The notes: generated from the letters alone by a model not told the origin. A stretch of DNA of 64,000 nucleotides from a virus (IMGVR_UViG_3300025707_000003:128001-192000); one strand, 5' to 3'; counted from the first letter of the stretch, positions 18,849 through 28,534 are shown. A program made the numbers and translations.

Positions 18849-19448
18849 TCACCCTCGGAACCTTTTGAACTCTTTAAGGAGTTTATTGAGTTTTCGAGTG
18901 AGTAAGTCAACATCTTCAGAAACACTCCCTGTAGATTTGACTTCAAACCCAACGCTCTTGGCAAAGTCCCAGAAACTATCAGGGATCTCACCACTGTCAC
19001 CTTCGTCCTCAATACTAAGAGTCCATTTACCCGCATAAAAAGATAGGGTGATAAAAATAAATTTAGCGACCTCGTTGTCTACAAGAATCATTGCATAAGA
19101 ATCGAAAGATTCGATAACATCTACAGTGTTCTCACCAAATACATCTTGAAGTTTTAGGAGGATGGACTCTGCTGAGAAAGGGGTTGGGATCATTTCAGCG
19201 GGTATGATGCCACTGATCTGTCCCTTAAACTCAACTTCATCCGAGTCTGCATTCGCTTCGGTTATGTTCCAGCTCACATTTTGAAAAAGCTCTCCAAGTT
19301 CATTTTGAAGTTTAATAGCTATTTCTCTAGGTGAGTCACTCTCATCAAACGAAAAGTTATCCATCAGATCGGTTATACTCGCTGACTTCTCAAGTCGTGC
19401 GATACGACTCTCAAGGTCATTAATAATTTCACTAGCTGATCTTCTCAT
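18849..19448 (-). CDS. leader-family protein (MRRSASEIINDLESRIARLEKSA) with acidic cargo
   Basis: Conserved leader, GGAGA RBS, 13-mer motif at 19498. Confidence 0.8.
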   Translation of the reverse strand: MRRSASEIINDLESRIARLEKSASITDLMDNFSFDESDSPREIAIKLQNELGELFQNVSWNITEANADSDEVEFKGQISGIIPAEMIPTPFSAESILLKLQDVFGENTVDVIESFDSYAMILVDNEVAKFIFITLSFYAGKWTLSIEDEGDSGEIPDSFWDFAKSVGFEVKSTGSVSEDVDLLTRKLNKLLKEFKRFRG

Positions 19449-19509
19449 AAGGGTTCTCCATTTTGTTTAAGGTTAAAGAGATCACTTATGAGAAGATATA
19501 AAAGAACTA

Positions 19510-20427
19510 TTAAAAGTCGTAAGCTCTACGACCTCTAAAAGCATTTTCGTCTTCAAGAGATTCCTCAATTTCACCATAGTTCTCTTCATACCAATCAAGG
19601 TGTCCAGGTTCATCTACTTTAGACTTCTTGAAGTACGCAAGAACGATAGGCATAATGATCTCTAGGAGAGGTATAGAAGCAAGACCCCACCATGCAGGGT
19701 TCCCAGTTATGCTTACCATTGTTGCAGGAAGAACATAATGTTCGAGTGTTTCTACAATAGCCATTGCGATTGCTAGTAGGACAACCTTAAAGAAACGCTT
19801 AGACCATTTTTTATACCAAATCTCATCTGCGTGTGGATCCCAACCCTTTGACTTGACGATATGGTAAGCGTGTTTGATGATCTCAATAGGGTTGATGACA
19901 TTAAGAGCTTTCTTTAATGCTCTCTCAACAACCTTTTTGTCATGCTCTTGTGCCGCTTCTTGAATGATACGCTTTTTTACTTCGTTAGGTATTGGGCCAT
20001 CATTGGTGTCACCCCAAGTATAACCCTCGTAAAACTCTGGTGACTTGCCTCTCGGAGAGAACCAAGATTGACCATGTTCTCTCTCGCTTTGCCTAAGTTT
20101 AGCACCTGTTTCAAATTCCTCAAAGTCAGCGTCTACTTCAGATTCCATCAGAGCTTCTGCATATTCTGGAGCGATTGCTTCGATAACATCATCCATGAGA
20201 TCATCAACAGGCATAGAGAAAAGGTTAAGATGCCTACGATACTTATCAAGTGGTTCTGCGACATACTTGAGGAAAAGACCTTTTAATGAGTCTGTCATTC
20301 CTGCTTGATATTCCATAGCCGCAACTTTAAGCTCAAGTCCTGCGATACGCTCCATTGTAGCTTGACGATTCATTGATGCTTGCCGATAAGAGCGTCTTGC
20401 TCTACGATAACTGTTATCATGTCTCAT
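19510..20427 (-). CDS. membrane protein with diverged leader (RQATMERIAGLELKVAAMEYQA)
   Basis: Leader-like heptad segment and two C-terminal hydrophobic helices; 13-mer motif at 20480. Confidence 0.65.
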   Translation of the reverse strand: MRHDNSYRRARRSYRQASMNRQATMERIAGLELKVAAMEYQAGMTDSLKGLFLKYVAEPLDKYRRHLNLFSMPVDDLMDDVIEAIAPEYAEALMESEVDADFEEFETGAKLRQSEREHGQSWFSPRGKSPEFYEGYTWGDTNDGPIPNEVKKRIIQEAAQEHDKKVVERALKKALNVINPIEIIKHAYHIVKSKGWDPHADEIWYKKWSKRFFKVVLLAIAMAIVETLEHYVLPATMVSITGNPAWWGLASIPLLEIIMPIVLAYFKKSKVDEPGHLDWYEENYGEIEESLEDENAFRGRRAYDF

Positions 20428-20494
20428 GGTGGGTTCTCTCCTTTAAAGGGGTATCATATAACGATATCTAAAGATGATTATAAAGGAACTACAA

Positions 20495-21145
20495 ATGATT
20501 TTAGGACTCGACCCCTCACTCAGAAACTTCGGTTGGACTCTCATTCGTGATGACGGACACTTCTTGGATAAAGGCACAATGAAAACCGATGCCAAAACCA
20601 TGTTCGTTGAACGCTACATCACCCTGCGAGAAGGTCTAAGAGAAATCGTACAACAAGTCAGAGCAGACCACCCAGAGGAGACTTTAAGGGTAGGTATAGA
20701 GTCCCCCATATTTAATGACCTTTTCTCAGAGGGGATGTATGGTCTATTCCTATATAGCAATGAAGCACTCATGCTTGAGAAATGCGATACGGTTTATTTG
20801 TCCCCTAATCAAGTAAAAGCCCATGCGGCCGCTTTCCTCAATAGACCCAAAGGTTGGAAGATGGGTAAAGGTGATATGGTAGATGCGGCTAAACAAGCTA
20901 CCGATGGTCAAGGGGCTAAGAGATGGAATAATCACCAAGCAGATGCCTTCTGGGTAGCTAAAGCCAGTAGCAGGTTTTGGCTCTTGGTCGAAGAAGAAAT
21001 CACCGTTGATGATCTCTCGGACTTAGAGCGTAAACACTTTACCTCTTTTGAACGCTATGTGCGTGGAAAGAAAGCTGGTAAAGTGAAGCGTAAAGGGATC
21101 ACACATAAAGAAGATGATCGCTTCTTTAGATGGTCGGAGACTTAA
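20495..21145 (+). CDS. ruvC: RuvC-like Holliday junction resolvase
   Basis: MILGLDPSLRNFGW, VGIESP, and HQADA (C-terminal acidic motif). Confidence 0.8.
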   Translation: MILGLDPSLRNFGWTLIRDDGHFLDKGTMKTDAKTMFVERYITLREGLREIVQQVRADHPEETLRVGIESPIFNDLFSEGMYGLFLYSNEALMLEKCDTVYLSPNQVKAHAAAFLNRPKGWKMGKGDMVDAAKQATDGQGAKRWNNHQADAFWVAKASSRFWLLVEEEITVDDLSDLERKHFTSFERYVRGKKAGKVKRKGITHKEDDRFFRWSET

Positions 21146-21459
21146 CCCTCGTCAGCATCTGCTTCTTCATTGAGGATCGCTACCACTGTTCCATCCTCTT
21201 GAATCTGCCAAGGTGAACCTTCTGAAATACCAAGACGATCTCTTGCTCCAGAGACTACCTCCTGTGCCTGTGCTTCATTACGCTCTATCTGAAATGCAAT
21301 ACGAGTCTTACGAAGCTCTAACTGACCAAGCTGATTCAATAACTGATTAGCGTTCTGTCGTAGTTGTGAGATGGTAGACATCTCCTCCTCTGTGAGTGAC
21401 CCCACTTCTACAGGTTGGTTGGTGATTGCTGGCTCTTGGTTTACATTCTCTTCTGACAT
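21142..21459 (-). CDS. small coiled-coil acidic protein
   Basis: ORF with GGAGA RBS. Confidence 0.6.
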   Translation of the reverse strand: MSEENVNQEPAITNQPVEVGSLTEEEMSTISQLRQNANQLLNQLGQLELRKTRIAFQIERNEAQAQEVVSGARDRLGISEGSPWQIQEDGTVVAILNEEADADEG

Positions 21460-21709
21460 CTTTGTCTCCTGTGCTTTTAAGCATACGGGTGATTTGGCAA
21501 GTCATGTGAAGTAGATCATCTACTTCACATCTCATATCTGAAATTATATTAGCTTGCTCTACTGCTACACTTTCTATTTGTACCACCCCTTTATCTGTTT
21601 CAAACACCTTGTCAACACTTTCTTTTGAACTACTGCCCTCTATACTTAGACCACTCACTAAAAAAAAACTAAAAAAAACCACCATTACTAATAAAACTAA
21701 CTTCTTCAT
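21347..21709 (-). CDS. exported/membrane-anchored hypothetical protein
   Basis: Hydrophobic N-terminal signal; the 3' end overlaps the next gene by 113 bp and is uncertain. Confidence 0.45.
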   Translation of the reverse strand: MKKLVLLVMVVFFSFFLVSGLSIEGSSSKESVDKVFETDKGVVQIESVAVEQANIISDMRCEVDDLLHMTCQITRMLKSTGDKDVRRECKPRASNHQPTCRSGVTHRGGDVYHLTTTTER

Positions 21710-22011
21710 GGATTCTTACCCTGCTGGCGTAAAACCCATTGATAAATCTCTCGCATCATAGCGTTTTGTTGATTTAAGTCAGCCCTCATCTGCCTCAACT
21801 CTTGGCTGTTAAGTTGGACTTGATTCAAATCCTTCTCAATACGCTCAATCTTACTATCTAACTTCTCCACAACTCTCGCTTGAGACTCCGATTTCTGCTC
21901 CATTAACTTCAAACTAGTACTCATGTTGAACAAATAAATGATTACAGGTATCAGGAAAACAGATAACACCTTAAAACCCCACTCAAGTGCGTTCTTCATA
22001 GACTCGGACAT
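21706..22011 (-). CDS. single-TM coiled-coil protein (holin-like architecture)
   Basis: N-terminal TM (VLSVFLIPVIIYLF) then coiled coil; 13-mer motif at 22064. Confidence 0.5.
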   Translation of the reverse strand: MSESMKNALEWGFKVLSVFLIPVIIYLFNMSTSLKLMEQKSESQARVVEKLDSKIERIEKDLNQVQLNSQELRQMRADLNQQNAMMREIYQWVLRQQGKNP

Positions 22012-22075
22012 GGCAATATACTCCTAGATTTTTTTTGCTTCTTATTCACCATACTGACGATATATAAAAAAACTA

Positions 22076-22429
22076 TTACTTTGAACCATCCCACACCCTA
22101 CGAATATCCCCCCATATCGTGTCCAAACCTAACCTAAAAATCGTGTCCGTGTCATCGTTGTCCATTCGATTAACTAAACCAACACGATAACAAATTACAG
22201 TGTCCTTGTTCAGATCTACCAGATAAAGCCTAACAACGACTCCCTCTAGTTGTAGATCAGTCACCTTACTCAATGGAGAATATGAGGTATAGTCTTTCTT
22301 AATAAAACCAGACTCCTCTAACCCTAAGACTAAACTCGTATATCGGTCTTCAATAGAGAGTAAATCAAACTCTAACAAAAAGTTGTGTGACCAGACTCTC
22401 TTTTCGTTTATCTTTTCTGTTATAGACAT
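22076..22429 (-). CDS. 'ExGF...IRxVW' family paralog 1
   Basis: LEESGF ... DIRRVW. Confidence 0.65.
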   Translation of the reverse strand: MSITEKINEKRVWSHNFLLEFDLLSIEDRYTSLVLGLEESGFIKKDYTSYSPLSKVTDLQLEGVVVRLYLVDLNKDTVICYRVGLVNRMDNDDTDTIFRLGLDTIWGDIRRVWDGSK

Positions 22430-22519
22430 AAGGCATGGTTTAACCCCCTTCGTCTATAACACCCCAAATCATTTAAGAACTACCACACTTCGGAGAACTT
22501 ACTCGCATATTTAAGCGTC

Positions 22520-22873
22520 TTAATCTGCCTCCCAAGCATTACGAATCATCTCCCACAAATCACATAACTCATCACTACCCAACTCATAGTGCATAGGGAA
22601 GTGGTACATCACCCCATCTCGGACGACTCGTAAAGCCTCATCGTCCATAAGTACCTCCACAACACGACCCTCTCCGTCCGACAACTCAAACCTCTCGTAA
22701 GGTATGACCCTTACGAAACCACGACTCTCAAGTACATCACCTAAAAGCCTACGACAAGTTAAATCAATACCGTCTTCCATGATCTGTTGAAACTCGTTCA
22801 ACATCTCAAAACCTCTCTTAGACCAATCCACTTGTCCATCATCATCATGCTTCTTAAGATACTTGTTCATCAT
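22520..22873 (-). CDS. 'ExGF...IRxVW' family paralog 2
   Basis: LESRGF ... MIRNAW. Confidence 0.65.
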   Translation of the reverse strand: MMNKYLKKHDDDGQVDWSKRGFEMLNEFQQIMEDGIDLTCRRLLGDVLESRGFVRVIPYERFELSDGEGRVVEVLMDDEALRVVRDGVMYHFPMHYELGSDELCDLWEMIRNAWEAD

Positions 22874-23238
22874 CTTTTCAAGCCCCCCTCAACCCAAACA
22901 TCCCTTACAGACTGTAAAATCTCCGATACAAAGCCATACATCTCATAGCCTTCTAAGTTGATTTTATGATCCATGAAAAATTCTCCTCGCAGGACCCTCA
23001 AGACAAATGTCTCTCCTTTACCTTGCATCCAAACTACGCAAAGCGAAGATGGACTCATTGGACTTGTGGATTGGTGAACATACACAAGACTTTGATCTTT
23101 CCTTTTCAGCTCAAAAACAAAACCTAACTCACCAAGCAAGTTCTCATAACTATTGCGTATCTGATCTGCATTAACCCTAGTTCCAATAAAAGAACTATTG
23201 GCTACCCGAACTCCATTTTCTTTTACTGTTAATAACAT
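22870..23238 (-). CDS. 'ExGF...IRxVW' family paralog 3
   Basis: LGELGF ... SVRDVW. Confidence 0.65.
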   Translation of the reverse strand: MLLTVKENGVRVANSSFIGTRVNADQIRNSYENLLGELGFVFELKRKDQSLVYVHQSTSPMSPSSLCVVWMQGKGETFVLRVLRGEFFMDHKINLEGYEMYGFVSEILQSVRDVWVEGGLKR

Positions 23239-23292
23239 ATGGATCTCCTTTCAAGAGATTATAAATAAGGGGTTGTTCCATAGGAGACTTAA

Positions 23293-23820
23293 CTACCCCC
23301 CAATCCTCTTTATTGCACCTAAAACCCTATGATGCTCTTCATCACTTAACTTAAATAGATTGTCAAGCACATCACTTGAAAGACCCTCAAGCCCATAAAG
23401 AGCAATGACCTCCTCTCCTGTCATTTGCGGATTAGAAAAGCACTCTTGCTCGACTCTAACCTTAGACCATCCAAACATCTCCATACACACCTCTTTATGT
23501 GGTCTAAACACCTTAACTTTAGGTTCTACTTTAGGTTCACGCTTAAATGCTGAACCCCAACCATTAAGCTCATGTACCAAGTCGGTGTAGTTCACCTTAG
23601 CCCTCTTCAAAACATGATGATAAAAAGAAATGCTCCCCCAATCACTCATTTCAAAGAACTTCCCGTCATAAGCTCCGCTACCTACCCTCTCTTTTAACCA
23701 ACCATGTATGTGGTTAAAGGTAATATCTGGATATAGGTCTATAAAGTTAGGGTGGATCGTATACACCTTTGCATAAGGCATTATCTGATTTGCATCGTGT
23801 GAGTATCTTATCAAACTCAT
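23293..23820 (-). CDS. hypothetical protein
   Basis: ORF with GGAGA RBS behind motif 23877. Confidence 0.6.
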   Translation of the reverse strand: MSLIRYSHDANQIMPYAKVYTIHPNFIDLYPDITFNHIHGWLKERVGSGAYDGKFFEMSDWGSISFYHHVLKRAKVNYTDLVHELNGWGSAFKREPKVEPKVKVFRPHKEVCMEMFGWSKVRVEQECFSNPQMTGEEVIALYGLEGLSSDVLDNLFKLSDEEHHRVLGAIKRIGG

Positions 23821-23989
23821 ATCGGTTCTCCTTTCAAGAGACTTATATTTAAGTCTCCTTTCAAGAGATTATAAATAAGGGGTTACAAACTCGAACCCAA
23901 AAATCACAAACCCAAATAATATACAGAATCACTTATCCAACATCGCTTTTTCAAAAACGCTCATATATAAGACCCCCCCCTCTCTGGAC

Positions 23990-24262
23990 TTAACCTTTAT
24001 ACATAATCTTGTAATCATGCTCCCCCATACGCTTGTATGACTCAATCTGCTCCGCATTCGCTTGCTCTATCTCATCCGAATCTCCCCAAAGAGTTAGCTC
24101 TTTGCCCCAATATCGCCCTAGATTCAAGTATTCAGAAGAAGTCATTTTTAATAAGTCTTCCACAGCTTCCTGTTTGGAGACTGGTAGTTCCAAGCCATGT
24201 CTCTTTATGTATTCTTCACAAGTCATTTGTCTTCCCTGTATTGGTAAAGGTGGTTGAAACAT
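23990..24262 (-). CDS. hypothetical protein
   Basis: 90-aa ORF. Confidence 0.45.
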   Translation of the reverse strand: MFQPPLPIQGRQMTCEEYIKRHGLELPVSKQEAVEDLLKMTSSEYLNLGRYWGKELTLWGDSDEIEQANAEQIESYKRMGEHDYKIMYKG

Positions 24263-24302
24263 GGTTATAGATCAAGGGATGTCAAATTGTATGCGTTTTC
24301 AA

Positions 24303-24334
24303 TATGGGTTTTCGGGACTCCCCCAAAAACCCAT
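24303..24334. other. stem-loop (TATGGGTTTT ... AAAACCCATA)
   Basis: 10-bp inverted repeat in an intergenic gap. Confidence 0.5.
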
Positions 24335-24415
24335 AGAGTCTTTGATGGGGTTCTGAGAGAATGTTGATTAACCCTGTCTTTGAGGGACGAGAAGACCTTT
24401 ATATTCAAGGGGTTA

Positions 24416-25042
24416 CTACTTCGCATCCGTATCTTCCTTCGGCTCGGTTTTCCCTTTTAGCTCGCTTATTTCTTTTAGGAGCTGATCACGCTCTGCTTTC
24501 AAGTGACTATTATTTTGGTAGTATGCGTTGAGGTGGTTGATCATGGTTTCTTTCGGTACGCCCTTCTTCTTGAGATGGAGGTCTTGAAGGGTAACACTCT
24601 GCCATGTTCCGTTTGGGTTCTGACATTCAGCGAAACAAACTACAGAGACTACCTCTCCTTGCACCACTTCGCCAGTATAGGATCTGTAATAGTATATGTC
24701 TCCTGCTCGTGGTAGGTCAGAGCTTGAGAGCTTGGGGTCGGTGTGTACCTCTTTTGGATGAGGGGTCTTAGTAGGAATGTTTGGTTCGGAAATAGGCTCT
24801 TCGACTGGTTCGGAATTATCTGGTTCCGAAGTCTCACTCCAAACGACAACATCCCCAAAAAGATCTAAGGGGTCTGCTTCGGCTGGGTTTCTAATCATGT
24901 CACCGTCAAGAATAAAGTCTCCGTTCTTAATGCATTGGTCGAGGACCATCTTAAAACGAGCATCGCCCATTCTTTTAACGCCCAACTCCTGCTTCGCTAC
25001 CTCTTTAGCCTTCTTGATCGTCAGCCCTATGAGTGCCTTCAT
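24416..25042 (-). CDS. hypothetical protein (N-terminal helical/wHTH-like, C-terminal coiled coil)
   Basis: The stop codon abuts motif 24407. Confidence 0.55.
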   Translation of the reverse strand: MKALIGLTIKKAKEVAKQELGVKRMGDARFKMVLDQCIKNGDFILDGDMIRNPAEADPLDLFGDVVVWSETSEPDNSEPVEEPISEPNIPTKTPHPKEVHTDPKLSSSDLPRAGDIYYYRSYTGEVVQGEVVSVVCFAECQNPNGTWQSVTLQDLHLKKKGVPKETMINHLNAYYQNNSHLKAERDQLLKEISELKGKTEPKEDTDAK

Positions 25043-25476
25043 AGCTCGCCCTCCATACCATCGCCATAGTCGTCATCATCTAGGGCATAGTATTCATCCT
25101 CATCATCGGCACTGTCAAAGTCGAGCATCTCCTCGACCATCTTCTTTAAGATCTGTGCTTTGATCGTTTGGTGGTGGGTTACCTCGACTGAGGAGATGCC
25201 ATAGTGGTGTGCCATGTCCTTGACCTCCTCATAGTTCTCAAGTTCCTCTATGAATGACTTAGCCCATATCTTCGCATCGCTCTCACTTAATCTCTCACTG
25301 TGAGCTTCGGAGATAAGGTCTTGTAGGTGTCCACAGTTATTAGCGTATGTCGTCATATTACTAGTCTCTACTTTCTTGCCATTCATCATAGCTCGCCATC
25401 GTTTGTATATCCTCATTAAACTGCCTTCGCAAGAGGGAGGTCTTAGTTCGGATAGTTTGGTGATCTCCCCATCCAT
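25039..25476 (-). CDS. hypothetical acidic-tailed protein
   Basis: Overlaps the next gene by ATGA coupling. Confidence 0.55.
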   Translation of the reverse strand: MDGEITKLSELRPPSCEGSLMRIYKRWRAMMNGKKVETSNMTTYANNCGHLQDLISEAHSERLSESDAKIWAKSFIEELENYEEVKDMAHHYGISSVEVTHHQTIKAQILKKMVEEMLDFDSADDEDEYYALDDDDYGDGMEGEL

Positions 25477-25735
25477 TTATTTGATTTGGGTCATGATCCT
25501 CACCCCAACCTTGAGGGTTCTCTGATCGTAGGTTGATCCAAGCTCCAAGAGCTGACTCATATTGAGCCACCTCAGTGCTGAACTTACTGACCTCTGCCAC
25601 CCACTCGCTAGGGGTAGGAGGAACATCAAGATCAGCAAAGGCTCGCTCGATCTCTCTCCACTCCCCACGAAAAGGTTGGGGTAGGCTGTTTCGGATGGTG
25701 GCGTATTGTGCTCGTTGTTTTTCTATGGTCGTCAT
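25361..25735 (-). CDS. hypothetical protein (3' end uncertain)
   Basis: GGAGG RBS behind motif 25766; overlaps the downstream gene by 116 bp. Confidence 0.5.
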   Translation of the reverse strand: MTTIEKQRAQYATIRNSLPQPFRGEWREIERAFADLDVPPTPSEWVAEVSKFSTEVAQYESALGAWINLRSENPQGWGEDHDPNQINGWGDHQTIRTKTSLLRRQFNEDIQTMASYDEWQESRD

Positions 25736-25774
25736 GTTGACCTCCTTCTACACCTTTATATAAATAAGGGGTTA

Positions 25775-26416
25775 CTACTTCGTATTGCCCTTATGGTGAA
25801 CGATGCAGTCATAGTGTACCTCCACCATAGACCCTACACGCTTGATCTTCTTCACCCCTCGCTCTTCTAGCAACTCGACTCTATAGTAGTTGCGACCCCA
25901 TGCTCCCCCTGCCCCGATGACCTTAGCTCGTGTGCGTTGTCCACCACCACCTGGCGTACCACTGAACACGATCTCATCACCGATCTTGATCTCACTCTTG
26001 TTGGGTCGGTTATCAGAGACCCAGTCCAACCGAACCAACTTGAGGAACCAGTTGCCAAGATGAGCATCGTTATGAGACTGGGGCTTATCGTGTCCTCTCC
26101 ATGTCTGATAAGGGTAGGTTATAGAGTTTGTACAGTTGCCATATAGACTCACTGTAGACGCTCCATCCTTAGCCCATGTCAAGGTGAGGAAGAAGTCGCC
26201 AAACCCCTCCTTTCGGAGTACGAGATCCACCTCACCCGACAACTCAATGGCAGGTTTGGGGATCACCTTAAACCCTATCTCCTCTGCTAGATCAGTGAAG
26301 AGCTTGATGTGTCGGTCATACCACGACTGCATAGACCCTTTGGTCTTGTATGCAGTCTTGTGATGAGGTGTCGGGATCATCTTGCGAACCCCATTGATCT
26401 TCTGAGTTAAGGTCAT
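25775..26416 (-). CDS. hypothetical protein with C-terminal SH3/KOW-like domain
   Basis: IKIGDEIVF...RAKVIG...YYRVEL; the stop abuts motif 25766. Confidence 0.55.
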   Translation of the reverse strand: MTLTQKINGVRKMIPTPHHKTAYKTKGSMQSWYDRHIKLFTDLAEEIGFKVIPKPAIELSGEVDLVLRKEGFGDFFLTLTWAKDGASTVSLYGNCTNSITYPYQTWRGHDKPQSHNDAHLGNWFLKLVRLDWVSDNRPNKSEIKIGDEIVFSGTPGGGGQRTRAKVIGAGGAWGRNYYRVELLEERGVKKIKRVGSMVEVHYDCIVHHKGNTK

Positions 26417-26438
26417 TAGCAGTCTCCTTTTATTACAG

Positions 26439-26491
26439 TACCCTATAAATAAGGGGTTACCATTAGGCTGTAACCCCTTATTTATAGGGTA
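26439..26491. repeat. 22-bp perfect inverted repeat (back-to-back motif pair)
   Basis: TACCCTATAAATAAGGGGTTAC (26439..26460) and its reverse complement (26470..26491), with a 9-nt spacer. Confidence 0.9.
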
Positions 26492-26528
26492 ACATCAATC
26501 ACTCTCACTCCCCCAAACGGAGAAAAAA

Positions 26529-27122
26529 ATGACTGCGACACAAACCATATTCTTTATATCAGCACTCGTGTTCGTTGGTACCAGCATCAACGCAGGTAAA
26601 AAGGCTTTTGAGGGCAGGGCTGTTTACCACAGCCAATGCTCAATCAACCCTAATCCTGTGCAGTACCAGGGTCACACTGGGACAGTGAGTGTCCGTAGGT
26701 GGTGGTATGTGGATACTGTCACATTTGCTCAGATCAAGGCTAATAAGGCACAGCATAAAATTTGTGAGAGCGTGAAGGTTCTCATGTCGAGTGAGGCTGA
26801 GGTTGCTGAAGCTGAGAGGCTTCAAGATGTCGCCAATAACTGGATCATCTTCTTCTTCGCTTGGCTTGGTCTGGGTGTCTTGATTGAGCTTGTGAGGGTT
26901 CAGATTGGCAACAGGCGGGAGCGTCTTGACCGACTCAACGCTGAAGCAGAGCGAGATCTTGAAGCATCAGCGAGAACTGAGTTCTGGGTCTCTTATGCGA
27001 CAGCTAAGGAAACTGAGCGACAGAGATCTAAGACAGCTAATGAAGAACGAGCCAGACGAAAGGCTGATAGGGGAGCGACCCTTGAAGCTAAAAGGATTGC
27101 AAACCTAGAGCGTAAGGGATAA
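26529..27122 (+). CDS. membrane protein (signal/TM + TM + charged coil)
   Basis: Two hydrophobic segments; GGAGA RBS. Confidence 0.6.
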   Translation: MTATQTIFFISALVFVGTSINAGKKAFEGRAVYHSQCSINPNPVQYQGHTGTVSVRRWWYVDTVTFAQIKANKAQHKICESVKVLMSSEAEVAEAERLQDVANNWIIFFFAWLGLGVLIELVRVQIGNRRERLDRLNAEAERDLEASARTEFWVSYATAKETERQRSKTANEERARRKADRGATLEAKRIANLERKG

Positions 27123-27126
27123 CGAA

Positions 27127-27714
27127 ATGACACTAAGAGAACAAATCCAAACACGAGCCGAGATTCTAGGTCAGTTAGGTGGTCGAGGCACCCTTATGAC
27201 CCAAGAAGAGTATGTACTCGATAAGGGTGCTGAGATGGCTTCTAGTGAGACTTTAACAGAGGAGCAGTACTCGTACCTCAAAATGATCACAGGAATGATT
27301 GAGTGCCTCCCTAAGCAGTGTTTCCATAATGCTCAGATGATGACCCTTGCCGACAGCTACCGAGTCCACCAGAGGGTCAAGTATCACGAGGGCTATGTGT
27401 GGACTGGTTTTATGCCTATCCTCCATGCGTGGATCACCCTTGACGATAAGATTGTTGATGTGACTCTTAGCACTGACCCAGAGTCTACTCAACGCTTCCT
27501 TGCAGGAGATTCGCCACAGGGAGACTTGATGGACAGGGTGCTTGGAGTGATCCCAGATGAGTGGGAATATCTAGGTGTGCCTATGGAGAGTGAGTATGTA
27601 GTTTCCACGATGATGAAGAATCAGGAGTCCCGTTCACTCATCGACAATTGGCAGGACGGATGGCCTCTACTTTCTAAAGTGAGTTCCTCTTTAGATACGA
27701 ATACGAGGTCGTAA
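27127..27714 (+). CDS. putative transglutaminase/papain-like Cys-His-Asp protein
   Basis: QCFHNA ... LHAWI ... IVDVT. The stop codon is the TAA inside GTAACCCC. Confidence 0.5.
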   Translation: MTLREQIQTRAEILGQLGGRGTLMTQEEYVLDKGAEMASSETLTEEQYSYLKMITGMIECLPKQCFHNAQMMTLADSYRVHQRVKYHEGYVWTGFMPILHAWITLDDKIVDVTLSTDPESTQRFLAGDSPQGDLMDRVLGVIPDEWEYLGVPMESEYVVSTMMKNQESRSLIDNWQDGWPLLSKVSSSLDTNTRS

Positions 27715-27764
27715 CCCCTTATATAAGAGTAAATATCAATCACCCACTTCTCAACGGAGACAAC

Positions 27765-28199
27765 ATGGTAAACCTACTCTCAACAATCATCATCCTCGAA
27801 GCTTGCAAAGGCTTTGAGACTTATGACGAAACCTTTGATCGTATGATCCCGACAGCAGGTGCAGAGATCAAATCTTTGAGCTTCGATATACACCCCTCTT
27901 ACTTTGAAGATGAGGACTATAACGCCATCGCACCACTCGCACTGAAGGTGGCTACATACGATGTCATCTGTGATCCGAAGGATCGAGAGGCAATCGTGGA
28001 AGCAATCGCCAAAGGCTTTGAGGGTGTGTCGGATCATGTGAAGCTTTTCAGCATCAAGATGACCTCAACCACCAAGACTTTTTGGAACGCTCGTAAGGGT
28101 AAAGCCACCACTCATAAGAGCCACCATCAACCTCAGCTTGTAATCACTTATAGCGAGGACATGAGAATCAACCTCAAGGATCGTGAAACGAACTTCTAA
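27765..28199 (+). CDS. hypothetical protein
   Basis: GGAGA RBS behind motif 27711. Confidence 0.6.
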   Translation: MVNLLSTIIILEACKGFETYDETFDRMIPTAGAEIKSLSFDIHPSYFEDEDYNAIAPLALKVATYDVICDPKDREAIVEAIAKGFEGVSDHVKLFSIKMTSTTKTFWNARKGKATTHKSHHQPQLVITYSEDMRINLKDRETNF

Positions 28200-28252
28200 G
28201 ATGTCGTAGCGTTCAGTGAAGGGTCTAGGCTAGGGTTGCTCCTTTAATGCTC

Positions 28253-28534
28253 TTAGAGGGCAATCTGAGCGTCCTCTTTGACCATTACTAAACGATAGGC
28301 GAACTTGAGCCAATCCTCTGCATTGTTCCCCCCTTGCCACATGAGGAGTTGTACCTGCTTTTCATGTTCTCCCCAGTCAACTAAGGTCTTAGCATTAAAG
28401 GTCATCCATCGATTTCTCAAGTCTCGGTAATGACCTCTTGCTAAGTCTTCCCACATTGGAAGCCAGCTTGAGCGTGTCTCCCTTGACTTACGAAGCAACT
28501 GGATAAGGTCGGTGGTAATCATTTCTCTAGTCAT
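28253..28534 (-). CDS. hypothetical protein
   Basis: 93-aa ORF. Confidence 0.5.
   Translation of the reverse strand: MTREMITTDLIQLLRKSRETRSSWLPMWEDLARGHYRDLRNRWMTFNAKTLVDWGEHEKQVQLLMWQGGNNAEDWLKFAYRLVMVKEDAQIAL

Noticed and set aside
21660-21678. A9/A8 homopolymers in the signal sequence of 21347..21709 as a phase-variation switch
   Set aside because: They encode Phe/Val-rich hydrophobic residues in an AT-rich genome, and there is no evidence of slippage without reads.
22441-22450. TAACCCCCTT as another early promoter copy
   Set aside because: It has five C, lacks the leading G, and points away from any plus-strand gene. On the minus strand it more likely serves as the SD-like sequence of the 22429 gene.
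25361-25668. Possible frameshift between overlapping ORFs 25361..25735 and 25477..25668
   Set aside because: A TAAATG coupling in the alternative frame is suggestive, but no slippery site was found and it cannot be resolved without homologs.
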